64,000 nt of DNA from Microbotryum violaceum (lineage: Eukaryota). The stretch is taken from NCBI GenBank assembly GCA_001244265.2, contig CDLV01000005.1, positions 1,364,001-1,428,000 on the forward strand, read 5' to 3'. Under the pieces are notes generated by a model, which was not told where the DNA came from, searched no databases, and saw nothing but the letters and a program-made list of their open reading frames with translations. Of the stretch, positions 1 to 12,501 are shown piece by piece. Positions within the stretch are counted from its first letter, which is position 1. The number at the start of each line of letters is the position of its first letter. Both the position numbers and the translations under genes were made by a program.

Positions 1-563
1 GTGCCTGCTGTATAGTAGTTCGTCGGTTCAGTGCGATTGATCTAATTGATCTAAAATTAGGTGCGCGTGATCGAGCGGGTCGTCGCACGAGAAGGGACTT
101 GGCTCGGCTCGGTTCAGTTCACTCCGAGGCCCTCGCCGAGAAAGACGCCGCAAATCGCCGCTCGCGGATCGCTGTCCGTCTCCCCCCTTCATCTGCTACC
201 GAACATAGAACACACTACTAATATCAGAAGCCGCACACAACTCTCGAATCGACTCGACCAGACGTTCAGCAAAGCTGGCCTCGACTCGAGCGTAAAGCGC
301 TTGTCCGTCACGTCGCACAGAAGTGGTTCGGCCTTCCGTCATCCGCTACGAATCTCGGACTTGGGGTCGTACGAGATCACAACTGCATCGACACACGCGC
401 CACACCAGATCAGCAATGCCACCGGCCCGGAAAGCGACGAGTGAACCCATCGATTCTGTAAGTTGTCCACACATCAACGATTTTGCAAAGTATCTGGTAT
501 CTGATAACGCTCAACATATCTTTTGAAATCCCAAATCTCTCGACACCGCCCGCACCTTCACGC

Positions 564-2926
564 ATGTCACAGGATCACGAACATGAAACGGAGGACGAGG
601 AGCATAGAGGAGATGGTGGCAAGGGCAAGGGGAAGAAGACGACCAAGTCAAAGTGCGTTGCAAACCTCACTGCGTTGCAGCATCTGGACCCTCGCCCGTC
701 GGTTACGTTACCCGATCCCCGACTTTCGCGCGGAGCAACCGGCTCGGGACTGGGGTGACCGCTTTGAAGTACTGACACCTGCTTGCTTTCCTGCACTCAA
801 TCGAGTAGAGAGTCCGCTCAACGTAAACAGCAGAACCGACTAGCCCAACGTGAATTTCGTCAGGTTCGTCCACACCTCGACCCTGTTCGGGGAGCGGGGG
901 GGGGGGGGGGGGGGCAGCGGCCAATTCTCACTATCGCATCAATTCACCGCTAACGCCGAACATCCCTGCTGGTCCCCCTTTGACCTGGGCCAATTCAGCG
1001 CAAGCAAGCCTATGTTAAAGAACTCGAAGTTCGGGTCAACCTCTTGGCTCGGTCCAAAGATGATCAGTTGGAAGGGATGAAATTGGTCGGTCCATCGTGG
1101 CTTCGTAAATTCCACGAACGACCGACTGTATACTGACCTCTTGATGGGTCGCAGACGATTCGTACGCTGTTGGATGAGAACCAAGAGTTGAGAGAAGTGC
1201 TGGGTCATTTGGGTCGATTTATCGTACGTTACCGAGCATTATCGTCGATATCATGGCAGGACTTTTCTTGCCTCAACTCCGAAGGAGTCGGTCACTGACC
1301 TCCACCTCTACATTGTCATTGTCGCGATACCGCAGGGCTCGGGACTTGGTGGTTGTCTGCCCGAAATTGGCCTTAGCCCAGAAGGTCAGTAAATGATGGG
1401 ATGGTTTGAGCTCTTTAGGAACGTTCTTGTGTTGACCAGAGTGCGATAGCCATATACAGAGCTCAAGAGGTTGGCCACCCGAGGTCGATTAGATGCCGTT
1501 CACAAGATCATGGAGCAGATGGATCGAAAGGATTCGAAAGATCAAGATCCATGGGCTCGTAAACGGAGTTCGAGCCAGAACGGGCGAGCGGAATCGTCGC
1601 ACGCAAATGCCGTCCACGGAACTTCCGGGCAGACCACCGCGACGACGAGCGGTAGTGGCGACGTCACCGAGTCGGACAAGTCTAAAGGGAAGAAGAGGGC
1701 CCGAGCCTTGGATTCGATATCGAGCCTTCCGTCGCAACCCGCCGAAGTCGATGCGATGGACGACTTGAATGGGTACTTTGCCATTGACCCGACGACCACA
1801 ATGGCACCTTGGAGTCAGGGCTTGCAAGACGAACCGAATGGATCCCTTGGAGATGTCTCATTGGTGCCGAGCAACGGCCAACGAATCACGCCTCAGCAGA
1901 TTGTCCGCCGAGAACGACAACTGCCCGAAGGGTACCCTCCCGCCCCAGCGACGACAACATCAACTACATCAGCTTTCGGCATCGGAGGTATGTCGAACCA
2001 GAACGCGACGGATCTCGGTGCGTCGTCGTCCTCGGTCACGGGTGCTTCCTCCATCTCTCCCGATCCGCCCTATCACCACAACACCCACGAATCAACCTCA
2101 ACGCTCGAGGACGTGCGGTCCGAGATGCGCCAACAGCACGAGGAAGCGAATGCGGTGATCAGAGACCTGATCGTGTCGTTCAACTTTTCGAACGAATTCT
2201 GGACCAGTACGGACGAGGATGGGGTTAAGATGTTTGCCGAATTCGTTAGTACACTCTGAAAGAAGCTGGAACGAAAGAGGATATGACAAACTGATGCACT
2301 TTCACACATTGTGCAGATAATGAACCTCTTGTCGCACCCAACGGACAACTCCAAGCTACAAGCGCTCCAGCTGATAGCATGCAAGTCCTCTCCAAAGGGC
2401 CCCTTTCCCCCACCGCGTCACACTCACCAAGCTTCGGATTTCTTTTTTGCCTCAGATCACGTCCGCAACAAGCTCGAAAACGCATCGTACCACCTCCCCT
2501 CGGCCTTACGAGCGACAGAGATTCAGCAATCGATCCCTCACCCCCCCTGGATCGACGGTATCATCTTCTCTTCACTTAGGGATCGGGTGATCCTCTTACC
2601 CAAAGGTCGATGCGATCTATCCGTCTTATGGAGCGATATAATGGATCATGTCGAATGTCATGAGAATTCGGATTGGTCAGTTCCAAAACGAACCCCATCC
2701 CCAGTTTTCAAAAATAGGAGCTTTGCGCGTTCGTCCTAACTTGAGAAAGATCACCCTTTCTTCTTTCGCTGCCAGTCTCTCCCCAGCGAATTGGGAAATA
2801 TCGCAACACTTTATGAAAAAGTACTGGTACTTGATCGACGAGAACGTGTTGTCGATCAGTAATCGATGGAGGATGGAGCGAGGGGAACGCATGTTGGAAA
2901 TGAAGGATCTCGTACCCCTTCAATGA
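564..2926 (+). CDS. bZIP transcription factor with C-terminal DUF3425-like domain (multi-exon)
   Basis: ATG at 564. Splicing exons 809-863 and 999 onward rebuilds the bZIP basic region ESAQRKQQNRLAQREFRQ|RKQAYVKELEVRV. The C-terminal PHPPWIDGIIFSSLRDRVIL and NWEISQHFMKKYWYLIDENVLSISNRWR motifs match the DUF3425 pattern. Confidence 0.85.
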
Positions 2927-3544
2927 CTTAGGGGGGGGGTGGGAGCTTGGGAAAGGGAAGAGGAGCACATAGCCCATGAATCGAATGATTTGTTGGTGCT
3001 TTCTTGTAAATGCAAAGTTAGTTGTTTGTGATTTGTAAAGCACCGCAGGTGTGAAATCTGTATATGTTGAATTTGTAAAAGAAATAAAAGTTGTGCCCCC
3101 CACCCCCCCTTCTCGCACGCCCGCCCTAGGTGGGGTCGTCGGGTGTTTACTTGAGAACCCGTGGTGTCTACTCTCAACATCTTCGCAGTACATTTTTTCA
3201 ATGACAAGAGGCGTACGGGGGAAGGGATGCTCCTGAAACACGTCTGCTGAGGAGAACCCCCCGTCGGAGGGTCGTAGTCGGAATAGATAGGGGGTGTTCC
3301 TCCCGTTAAAACCCCCCAAAAAAACCCTCATAGGGTTCGGCAGAACAAGCGGTACGACGCATTACACAAATTCGGGATACATCTGTGAGGGGTGGGTAGG
3401 GACCACTACTACGGCGTGGTTGACAGATGGACAAAGTTGCGGGCCACGATTATAACCCGTTGCTTTTGGGGGGGTCCCCGGGGGGTCCGCGAGCTTTGTT
3501 AACCGTCTGAAACTGAAACAGAGTTCTGCCCCGCCCCGGCCTGA

Positions 3545-4921
3545 TTACTGATTATCAATACTCCGATTCATACCCCCCAGCAAAGCCTTCATTAAATACT
3601 CGACGTTCAACTGACCCCCCTGGACATCGAACAGTGTCGTATCGACGATATCCCGAATGCCGTGCTTCTCACGTAGGTCGTCGTCGAGGGAACGCAGGGA
3701 TTGGGCGGCTTCGTCGTCGGTACCGATTTGTACGAATTGGATACCGAGTTGGAAGCTGGAGGAAGAGAAAGAAGAAAACACGATGAGTGGTCAGAGAGGG
3801 GCGTTTTGAAATAGAGTCGCATGGGTTCGGTTGAACTGACGGTGGCATGCGCATCTTGTCGAGACGTTGGGCGATTTCCACGATTACGGGTTCGGCCGCT
3901 TCGCCACGGTCCGGTGCACCATCGGTCAAAACGATGAGCTATGGAGAGATCAGATGTTGAGCGTGACGTAGATGAGTTGGGGACGACCCACGAGTGCGAG
4001 AACCTACGTTCATGGGCTTCGGTCGAGGGTATCCACTTGGTTTGCCCCTGTTGGGCAGAACAGCCGGATCAGCGACAGATTTGTTCTCTCCTCGCGAGAC
4101 GAGTAGGAGGTTCTACGTACTCGACGACCCAGTTCTCCAAATTTGAGACGTACGGATCCAAGACCCTCCTCAACGCACTCGCGGTCGGTGTCGATTTGGA
4201 TGGCCAGACTTTTTGGAACAGTTGCAACAACTCGGGCGCGGAACGAGAGGTGGCGTGATGGCGCGAGTTGAAGAAGTAGATGTCAACGCCGTCGTCGTCG
4301 TAGCGGATAGCGGTCTGGATCACCGCGGCTAGGGCGGGGGCCAGTTGGTCTTCCTATTCTCGGAGCAGGAGCAGGGGAAGGAATGTGAGCATGTGGAGGG
4401 GAGCGCCTCTTTGGTGGGGAGTCATAGACGCTCACCCAGAACATCTCCATCGACCCTGAATCATCGACGAGGAAGACGGTGTCGTACTTTTTGAGAGCTG
4501 GGGTCGTGGGCACCGAGGAAGGAGTGTGAGTCAGATATGGCTCGTCCTGACCGGGGGCCAGACTTGTCTCGACCGTAGACTGCTGAAGCGCTGACCGCTG
4601 ACCTTGAAGGGGATCCTCCCTTCCACTCGCCGCTGCGGGCGGTTGGTAGTACTGTTGAGGAGGGGGTTGACTGGGAGCCGCATACGTGTGTTGTTGCGCT
4701 GGTTGTTGCTGCTGTTGTTGCTGCTGTTGTTGCTGCTGCTGGTACTGCTGATGCTGTTGCGGCGGCTGTGGGTACGCCTGTTGCTGATGGTGGTGGGGCG
4801 GTGCTCCTCCGGACGACGCTTGCTGAGGTGGGGGCGCGCCGGGTGGGGGCGCGTAGTGGGTGTGGCTTGCAGACGACTTGTTGGATGAGGAGGAGGACGA
4901 CAGCTTGCTAAAGAGGCCCAT
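3545..4921 (-). CDS. von Willebrand factor A (VWA) domain protein with Gln/Pro-rich N-terminus
   Basis: Starts MGLFSK, then a poly-Q/P tract. MIDAS-like DTVFLVDDSGSM, YDDDGVDIYFFN, TDGAPD and IQFVQIG..DDDL..RDIVDT lie across GT-AG introns. Confidence 0.85.
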
Positions 4922-5314
4922 GGTGATGGTATCTTGAAGTGTGATTGGAGCAGAGGCGAGAGATGCTCCGGCTGAGGTGACCGAGTCGAGCAGCACGGCG
5001 GACTTGGCTCTGCGCTGACTCTGCGAGCATGACGTCGATCGCCCTCCGCCAAGCCATCGAGCTCATGCGCATACACCCAGCTCTCCAGATCGCCGCAGCT
5101 TAGGAACTGTCACCTGATGCGCTTCATCAGCACACATCAACGGAGCGCAATTTGCGTGTTTGGATACCCAGCACATCTTTGGAGCTATGTTTTGGGTGTA
5201 TTTCTCTCGTCAGAACGCTCAAGACACTTTGAAGCGATCACAGGCTCTCATCTCCCGAATGCCGGTCTCAATGCAAACATCTTCCGAATCCCGTCTCGGC
5301 GCAAAATCCTCCCT

Positions 5315-5754
5315 CTATGATGGTCTCCCCCTTTCGTCCGTTGCGACAGGCGATACTTTGGTTGAAGCTGGTTCGATGCCACGGAATCGTTTCCTGTAAA
5401 AAGAGTTAGCGACGCAAAAGAAAAGTACGAAGCGAAAAAGTCAGTTTCTCGGGGGCGAACTTGGATCACGCCCCGCCAAGATCGACGGACCTCATGTCCA
5501 ACTATTGAGACGCGAGCTTAGGTTCAGATCAGCAAAAGTGCGCATTTTTGGTTCCAACGTTCCGAGTCAGTTTGACTGACCATCCCCCTCTTACACTCGA
5601 AGAAGGCTTTCCTCAATTGCTGACACTCGATCGGTAACGCGTCGCTATGGTGCTGTAGGCATTCGTGCGGTGTTCTCGGTGGTTCGGATTTGAGTACGCA
5701 GTCGGATTTGAGGAGACATTCGGCTAGGGCGGTACGGACGCCGTTGCAGGACAT
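5315..5754 (-). CDS. PET191: Cytochrome c oxidase assembly factor Pet191/COA5 (twin-Cys motif protein)
   Basis: MSCNGVRTALAECLLKSDC...CQQLRKAFFECKRGM|LDMR|KRFRG, from exons 5754-5581, 5501-5491 (11 nt) and 5393-5315. Confidence 0.9.
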
Positions 5755-6061
5755 GGTGTCGGCCACTGCGAAGGTCCGGGTGAGGAGCTCAGGCTGCTGG
5801 TCGGAGAGGGGGGACTCGCACCGGATCGCGGAGGAATGTGGAGAAACGTAAGTCGGTCCTGCGATTCGAGAAGGTGTTTTAACGTGTTTTTGTCTGCGTG
5901 TGTCGAATCAGACGGTGGCAAGAAAACGAGAGACAGCGAGAGGCCAACACTCGCAGACTTGGGTGTTCGCGCGCTTCCGTTCTGCGTCTCTTTCTCATCC
6001 ACTGTACGGGCGTCAATCGCTCCGTAGCGTAGATCGATTCAATTCACACTACTCTGTTCCG

Positions 6062-7389
6062 ATGGCCTCTTCCCTCCCCTCGTGCTCAACGATCCTGGTC
6101 TACTCGCTATCGTCGATCCCGCGCGAACAAATCGACCAGATCATCCAGAGTACGTCCACCCTACGGCCAGACACACCTTGATTTCAAAGATCCAGATCCG
6201 TACTTAGTTCTCGGAAAACTACTCTGCCAGCTCTCATCCAATCCGGAACCAACGCCTCCCTCGCTTCAACCTCCGCAGCCGCTGCGACGACGCACGATTC
6301 GCACCCCACATCGACGAACTCAACTCGCGGCCCAAGATTCTGGACGATCCGAAACAAGTACTACACCTGCGAGGTTCAGTTCGTACATGTTCTTCAAGCC
6401 AAGGATGGGGAAGGGAGGGGGGATGATCAGGGTGGGTATCAACTTCAAGGTGATGAGCCCGCGGTGATCGTTGTCGCTCCCCCCACCCAAGTACGTTCTT
6501 TTCCCTTTTCTCGGCGCTGAACATATCGACACTAACCCAGCTTTCATCTTGTTCAAAACAGACCCCTCCCACCGACCTCGAAAACCTCCTCTCCTCCCTA
6601 GCTGCGAGAGATCCAGAATTCGACATCGCCCTTTTACTCACTTCACCCTCCCCACCAACCGATCAAGATCAAACCTTGATCTCCCCACCACCGAACGATC
6701 AAGCCTGGGACGATCTCTCCCTAAACCACGCGTTTGAATACGTTCCTCCCTCTTCATCATCATCACCGATCTTGAACTCGACCAGTCCGTCGACTTTCAA
6801 AACGCCGGCGAATGCGGATGATGATGATAGGGGTGAAAAAAGAGGTCCCGAACGCGTGATCGAAGTACTCCAATCTCGAATTTGGGAACGCATGATCCCC
6901 TCCGAACGAACTGTACAAGCAACCACAGTCAAGTCGGACAAGTCGACTTTACTCAGCTTATTACCCCCACCTACCTTACCGAAAGCGAAGGAATATTCAC
7001 CCGTTCGAGTCGATTGGCCGGAAAAATTCTTACCTAATCTTGTCGCTAAAAGAGGGGAGTGGGAGAGTAAGCTTCAGGGAGGGCCTGAGGGGGGAGGTTT
7101 TGATGATGATTTTACCGAGTTTGTGTCCGGACCTTCTGGAGCAGAGGTGGGAAGGTGGGATCAGATTTCGAGCGCGTCAACGTCCGAGTTTACTACGACA
7201 CCCGGCAGCGGCAGTGACGCGGAAGGAGTAGATGATGATGATGATTTCGCGACTCTCGAACTACAAGATCAAGAACTTGAAAGCTTATTCGCTCAACTCG
7301 GCACTGCAAGGGAATATGCGCTGGGGATAAAGGACCTGGATGAGAAGCGCGCGTTTGCGGAGAAGACGGTGTTGAGTTTGTTGGGTTGA
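6062..7389 (+). CDS. IRC6: Alpha/gamma-adaptin-binding protein p34 (AAGAB/Irc6-like)
   Basis: WTIRNKYYTCEVQF, GPERVIEVLQSRIW and a C-terminal LESLFAQL..EKRAFAEKTV helix match the p34/Irc6 family layout. Head-to-head with PET191. Confidence 0.75.
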
Positions 7390-7593
7390 TTGCATTATTG
7401 AAGAACGACAGCATAGTAGATTCGTAGATTGATGGGTTTGGGGTATGTTGTGAACTTTGCATGAGAGGAACTGAGGATGCGAGGGGGGTTTACTACAAAC
7501 AATCATGTAATCTTGCGAGCGAGAGAAGTGGAACCGAACAGGTGAACGGACCACAATGCACCTACATGCTGATGGACCAGCCATCACCAGCCA

Positions 7594-8926
7594 TCAAGTC
7601 ACAGCGACAGTCTCCACAACTGCTTCGCCCCCCAGCACATCCACCGCTTCGCCGTCCGGAACCTTTTCCTTCAAAGGCCATTCCCTCATCGCCTCGGCCT
7701 TCTCATTCAACTCGGGGAACACCTCATCCGAAAAGATCTTCCCCATCCAATCCTTAATCTCGGCCTCCCCCTCCGGTCCACGATCTTTAACCAAAGCGCC
7801 CAACATCGCTTCGAATAAATTCGCGAGCGCGTCTTGGTGATGCGCGAACGATTCTTCACCGTGCGCGACTTTACCGAACAACATCAAGTCGCCGAGTCCG
7901 TAGGCCCAAGCGATGTAGGAAATTGTATCGTTTTGTATCAACATGGCCGCAAGGAGCTGGTGGAATTAATGAAGATCTTGATCAGACCCTCCGAGTACCG
8001 ATCAATTGTTAGTAACAACAAGAAAAAAAGAAAAAAAAGGCACTAACCGTGTAGCTGGCATGGGTTAAACTCGGAAACTTTTTGACCAAAATGTTGGCGA
8101 CGTAATGTTTCAACTCGGCATCGCCGAACCATTCGAGAGGACGAAAACACTTGACGTAACTCTCTTCCTTGCTCAGACGAACATTATTCGACCCGTTGAG
8201 GTAATAGCTTAGGTGCGTAACGGATTGTAAGCGCAGGTCGAGCGATCTGATCAAAAGTGGTGGCGGCAGAGCGGTCAAGTTGGGCTGGATCCCCGGGCTG
8301 CGCCAGAAGACGGGGTGGGGTGGGATCAACGTCGAAAAAGGGTTGCGACGGGGACGTAGCGCATGCATGGGATCGTCGTCATGAGTCATGGACTTGCGAA
8401 CTTTAACTTTGGGTTGGTTGGCGGGCTTGGGAGGTTTAGAAGGTTTGGGTCGCTTCCTTCTGGATTTGGATTTGGTGGCTTTGGTGTTAGGGGCGGCTAA
8501 TTGAGGGACGGGGTGCGTAGGAACGAGAGGAAGAGGATGGGCTAGCTGAGCTTGAGCCCCGACGACAGCTGTGGTCAATTCGGAGACGCGATCTGTGTTG
8601 GCAGGGACCTCAGGAGTGGTTGTGTTCCTTTGAAACGAAGCAACGCGCGGCGATGTGTAACCGCGGGGACCGGGTGCCGCCAGTTCAACGGGCAGTCGAG
8701 GCCGAGGTAAGAGCGCCCGTTCGACCTCGACCGCCCGTTCAAAACTGCCTTGAGCTTGGACTGCCAATGTGTTCGTCTTTCCAGGATCTTGCTTGGCTTG
8801 TGGCTCTGTTTTGGTTGCGGCTTGAACCATATGACTGCCAATGGATGGCGAGAGCTTGACGCGTTTGGCCTCGGGCGGTCCTTCGAATTCGAGCTTGACT
8901 TGTGGGTCCGTGGCCGATCTCGCCAT
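7594..8926 (-). CDS. Ribonuclease III domain protein (no dsRBD evident); 5' end uncertain
   Basis: Signature RPLEWFGDA, then LIQNDTISYIAWAYGL and ANLFEAMLGAL after one intron (about 7961-8047). Long disordered N-terminus. An acceptor near 8986 suggests an extra upstream exon. Confidence 0.8.
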
Positions 8927-9577
8927 GGGTTCGGAATCCAGTTCCGGAGCACGTTCGGATTCGAGCTTGATGGGATGAATGCCCACTGTATGCACAGGGG
9001 AGGGGCAGGATCAGCGTGTTACTCGATTCGCGGCGGGTGGAGGTGGAGTGGTCGATGCGTGGATCACGTGCCGAGATGGGTCGCAGCACCCGATCGGTAG
9101 ATCGCCTTGAGCGCGATACTGAACTAAGCATCATTCAGACAGGTAACCTTGGACCACTCCCTTCCCACTTTATGTCTCTGCAACGCCGGCATGTCGAGCA
9201 GCACGATCTGAAACCAGTCTTGTGCACTGCACTGCGAAGCGAGTCCGAGTCCGCTATAATCGCTTGGTCGTACAGGCGCCGCCGAGGAGAGCAGAACCAG
9301 TTGACAGTGTCAAGGCGAACTCACGACTAGAAAGTTTCAGAACTTGGGGCTGAACAATAAAGTGTCTTTGCACGTTCCGACGTTCCGAGCCAGACAAGCG
9401 AGATGACCGGAGCTGGGAAGACGGCGGGGGAGGGGGGTGAAACCGACCGGCAGTCGGGCGGCGCGTGCGACAAAGTGCGATGCAGCTGGTGCGACGCACT
9501 TTTGACCCAAGTTTTAACGTCCAGGGGAAACGACATGGTCTGTTCACAACATCTTATTACGGCAATATAAAACAGTT

Positions 9578-11044
9578 TCATAACTTCCTCGTTACGGGTA
9601 CAAAATCCCTCCATGCTTGTGACATCCTGTCGGACGGCGGGAAGATACGGAGACATTGTCAGCTTGGGAACATGGGAGCGACAAGGTGCCGCCGAGGTAA
9701 AGCCACGTACATGATGGCAGACGAGGTCAATCCAGCCCAGCTCTTGATCATTTCCGACATGACATTCAAATCGAGCACATCCCACACTGTCGACAAGAAC
9801 GAACGCGGCGGGGTCAAAATCTGCCCTGCCTGCAATGGCCGAAGAACAGAACCCAAGCGGAACGGACCAGCGAACAAGCCATCACTCGTCAACCTCAACC
9901 TCTCCCACCACAGATCGGTCAACTCCTCTCTGAGAGCCTTCAACCGTCTTCTTTCGTTCCTCACTCGCTCTCTCAGCATTTTCTCCTCCAGCCTGCGCTC
10001 CTGCCTCAATCCGTTCCGCAACTGTTCACCTTCTCCGATTCCTTCCGTACCCGACGATTCCCCTACCTCTACCACCTTTAAAGACGAAGGTTCCCAATAC
10101 TCGAACGAATCGAGTCGTTCCTCCAACTTGATCGCCTCCTTCCTCACGGCCCTACCTTCCTCCCAAATCTGTTGCCTCGACCTCGCAACTTGGAGCAAGC
10201 CAATCAACGCAGCCATCAGGGTCGCCACATCAGCGATTCGATCGGCCTGACGGGTGCGTCGTTTTGACAAACGGATCAGATTTAGTTTCGAAAAGAGGTA
10301 GATGTTGTCCGAAAGAGTCGAGACGAGGTCGAATGATTGACGAGTGAGCTGCAACAAGGTCGAAAGTTCGGGGACGAGACCCCAACTTGATGAAACCAAC
10401 GACGGGTCATCATCGGGATGGGCGCTTTTGCCTTTGCCTTTTCGCCGATTTCGGATGTGGTGGAAGGGGTCCCAGGAATGGTAGATGTAGTACGTAAGAT
10501 CGACTAAGGCGACGAGCCGACGGATCGCCGAGAGCGTCGACACGAGCGCCAATAAGCGGCTCAACAGGGGCGTCGATAGCTTGTGTCGACGTAGGTAGAG
10601 GGTGAAGCGGAGAGAGTACTGTAAGAATCTCTAACGAGGGTGAAAGCTTGTATCAGAGGTCGGGTTCCGGTGAAGGTTCGGTCTCAACGTTACGACCAGA
10701 CTCAACTCACCAAGCCGGCTTCACGGCCATCTGCTGTCGCAAAGAAGTCAACGGCATGGAACACTTTGGTCCTCCGTTGCGGTTTGGTCGATGGAACAAA
10801 CTGGAGATCAGAGGAAGGAGACAGGTTCAGCAACAGCTCGTGCGCCGCCCATACACGACGGCGACCGGTCCGACGACTCGATGAGGAGGTCCGGGGGTTG
10901 GGGAACGGCGGACTGACTGACCTTGGTCGTACTACTCCCTACACGGGGCAGCGCGATCGACGATGTAGGAGGAGTTGGAAGTGGAGTAATGAAAGATGGA
11001 GCTGGGTCCGGATTCGTAGCCAACGAATTCGAAGTGGGGTTCAT
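9578..11044 (-). CDS. Peroxisomal biogenesis factor 11 (PEX11) family protein
   Basis: Spliced FFATADGREAGL|RFLQYSLR resembles the PEX11 N-terminal motif. Also DNIYLFSKL, ADRIAD and the C-terminal WAGLTSSAIM. Confidence 0.75.
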
Positions 11045-12501
11045 TTGTGGGGGGGTGATCACTTCCGGCTATCAGGAATGACGACGGGGTGAGCGTGGGG
11101 AGGCCGAGCCATTAGACATCAGACGCTGCGCGCTCTCTCTCGTGCAGTGGGCCCAGCTGCTCCGGCTGCTACTAGCGGCTGGATCGAGACGAGCGCCCCG
11201 GCACAGTTGTCGTGTCAGGCTGGGGTTCCCTCCCCAGTAGTGGTACCTGGTGTCAAACGAGCTGTGCCGGTCGCCGGAGCAATCGACATCGGGGCCCCGG
11301 GAAGGGAGTGCCAGCTCCTACGTCAAACACGATACGATGTTCGGTGATAACATAAGCACCCCACACTCGCCCTGTACCTACGTCATAATGCGGGGATCAA
11401 GTGCAGAAAAATCACCGGCTAACTTGTAAGTTAAGATCCGGGAAGGGACCTCTTTTATCGACGTCGAAACTTAAGTTATTTATGCATCAGAGCCGACCGA
11501 CGGACTTCGGCGCTGTCTCGGCGCTTGCGCGGACCTGCAAGGGGGCGAATACGAAATCGATCAACACAAGCGGTCAGTTACGAGTACACACCGCGTCGTT
11601 CCCATAACAAGGTTTCAAAGCAAGCAATCATCCTAGGTATTTTCACAGCCAGCAAAGCCTTCCATAATTTATCCGCCAAATCATGAAGACCGAACCATAG
11701 AAACTGCAAGATCGATTTCGATTGCTGGGCCTTGCCTCAGCTTCGGGGCCGCCGCGCCACATTGGTCGGCGGCGCTACGCAGGAATGCGCAGCGCAAGCC
11801 GACCTGAAGCCAAGCCCGATCATTGGCTGCGCTCTTCTCCCCGGTTCATACTAGCGTCCCGCGCCGCGCTGTATCTGGCGACTTTTTCTTGGACGGGCGG
11901 GGTTTTAACCGAAAGTCTGCCTACTATGATGGTTTTTTTTTTTGTAGATGGGGTGTCGAGGAGTTTCTTTCGACGTTTAAAGGCTAATTGACCGCGGAGA
12001 AACTTCGTTCGCGGAAAAATAGATCAGCTGATCAGGGTCGACGGCGCACGCGGCACGCGGCAACGCGAGGAGCTCGGGAGATCTGGGGCAGATCAACACT
12101 ACTCCTTCTGGCCCGGTGCCGCTAGAAACCTCCAAGGACGAGCAAAACTTGCATGACGGATTGAACCTGGGCGCAGTCCAGCGTCGACGGTAAAATCGCT
12201 CCGCGATTCTGGATCACGCGGTTCAGCCTGATTTTATTTCTGGGACCCCGCTGGCTAACCCCGCTTTAGCGCGGTCTTGTAGCTCTCCTCAATTTGATCC
12301 CCATCTTTCCCCACGTCGTATGCCCCCCTTTTATCGATCACCTTTCTTACGCCTTCTCAACACTTTGCCTCAAGTCGCTTTCTGCGCGCTTCCTCCTCGT
12401 CGCCTCAACACTTCGACCCCACCGCATATTCTCAAGTGGCCCTCAGCATGCCTATTTCCTCGACAACCGACCGTGAATTTGACAAGTCCGTCGGGACCGG
12501 A

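Noticed and set aside
896-914. Long G runs here and at about 15064-15079 as functional G-quadruplexes
   Set aside because: Simple homopolymers in an intron or intergenic DNA, with no supporting evidence.
11100-12500. CreA-like SYGGRG and CGG motifs upstream of the sugar permease
   Set aside because: Short motifs are expected by chance at this GC content and cannot be supported without conservation data.
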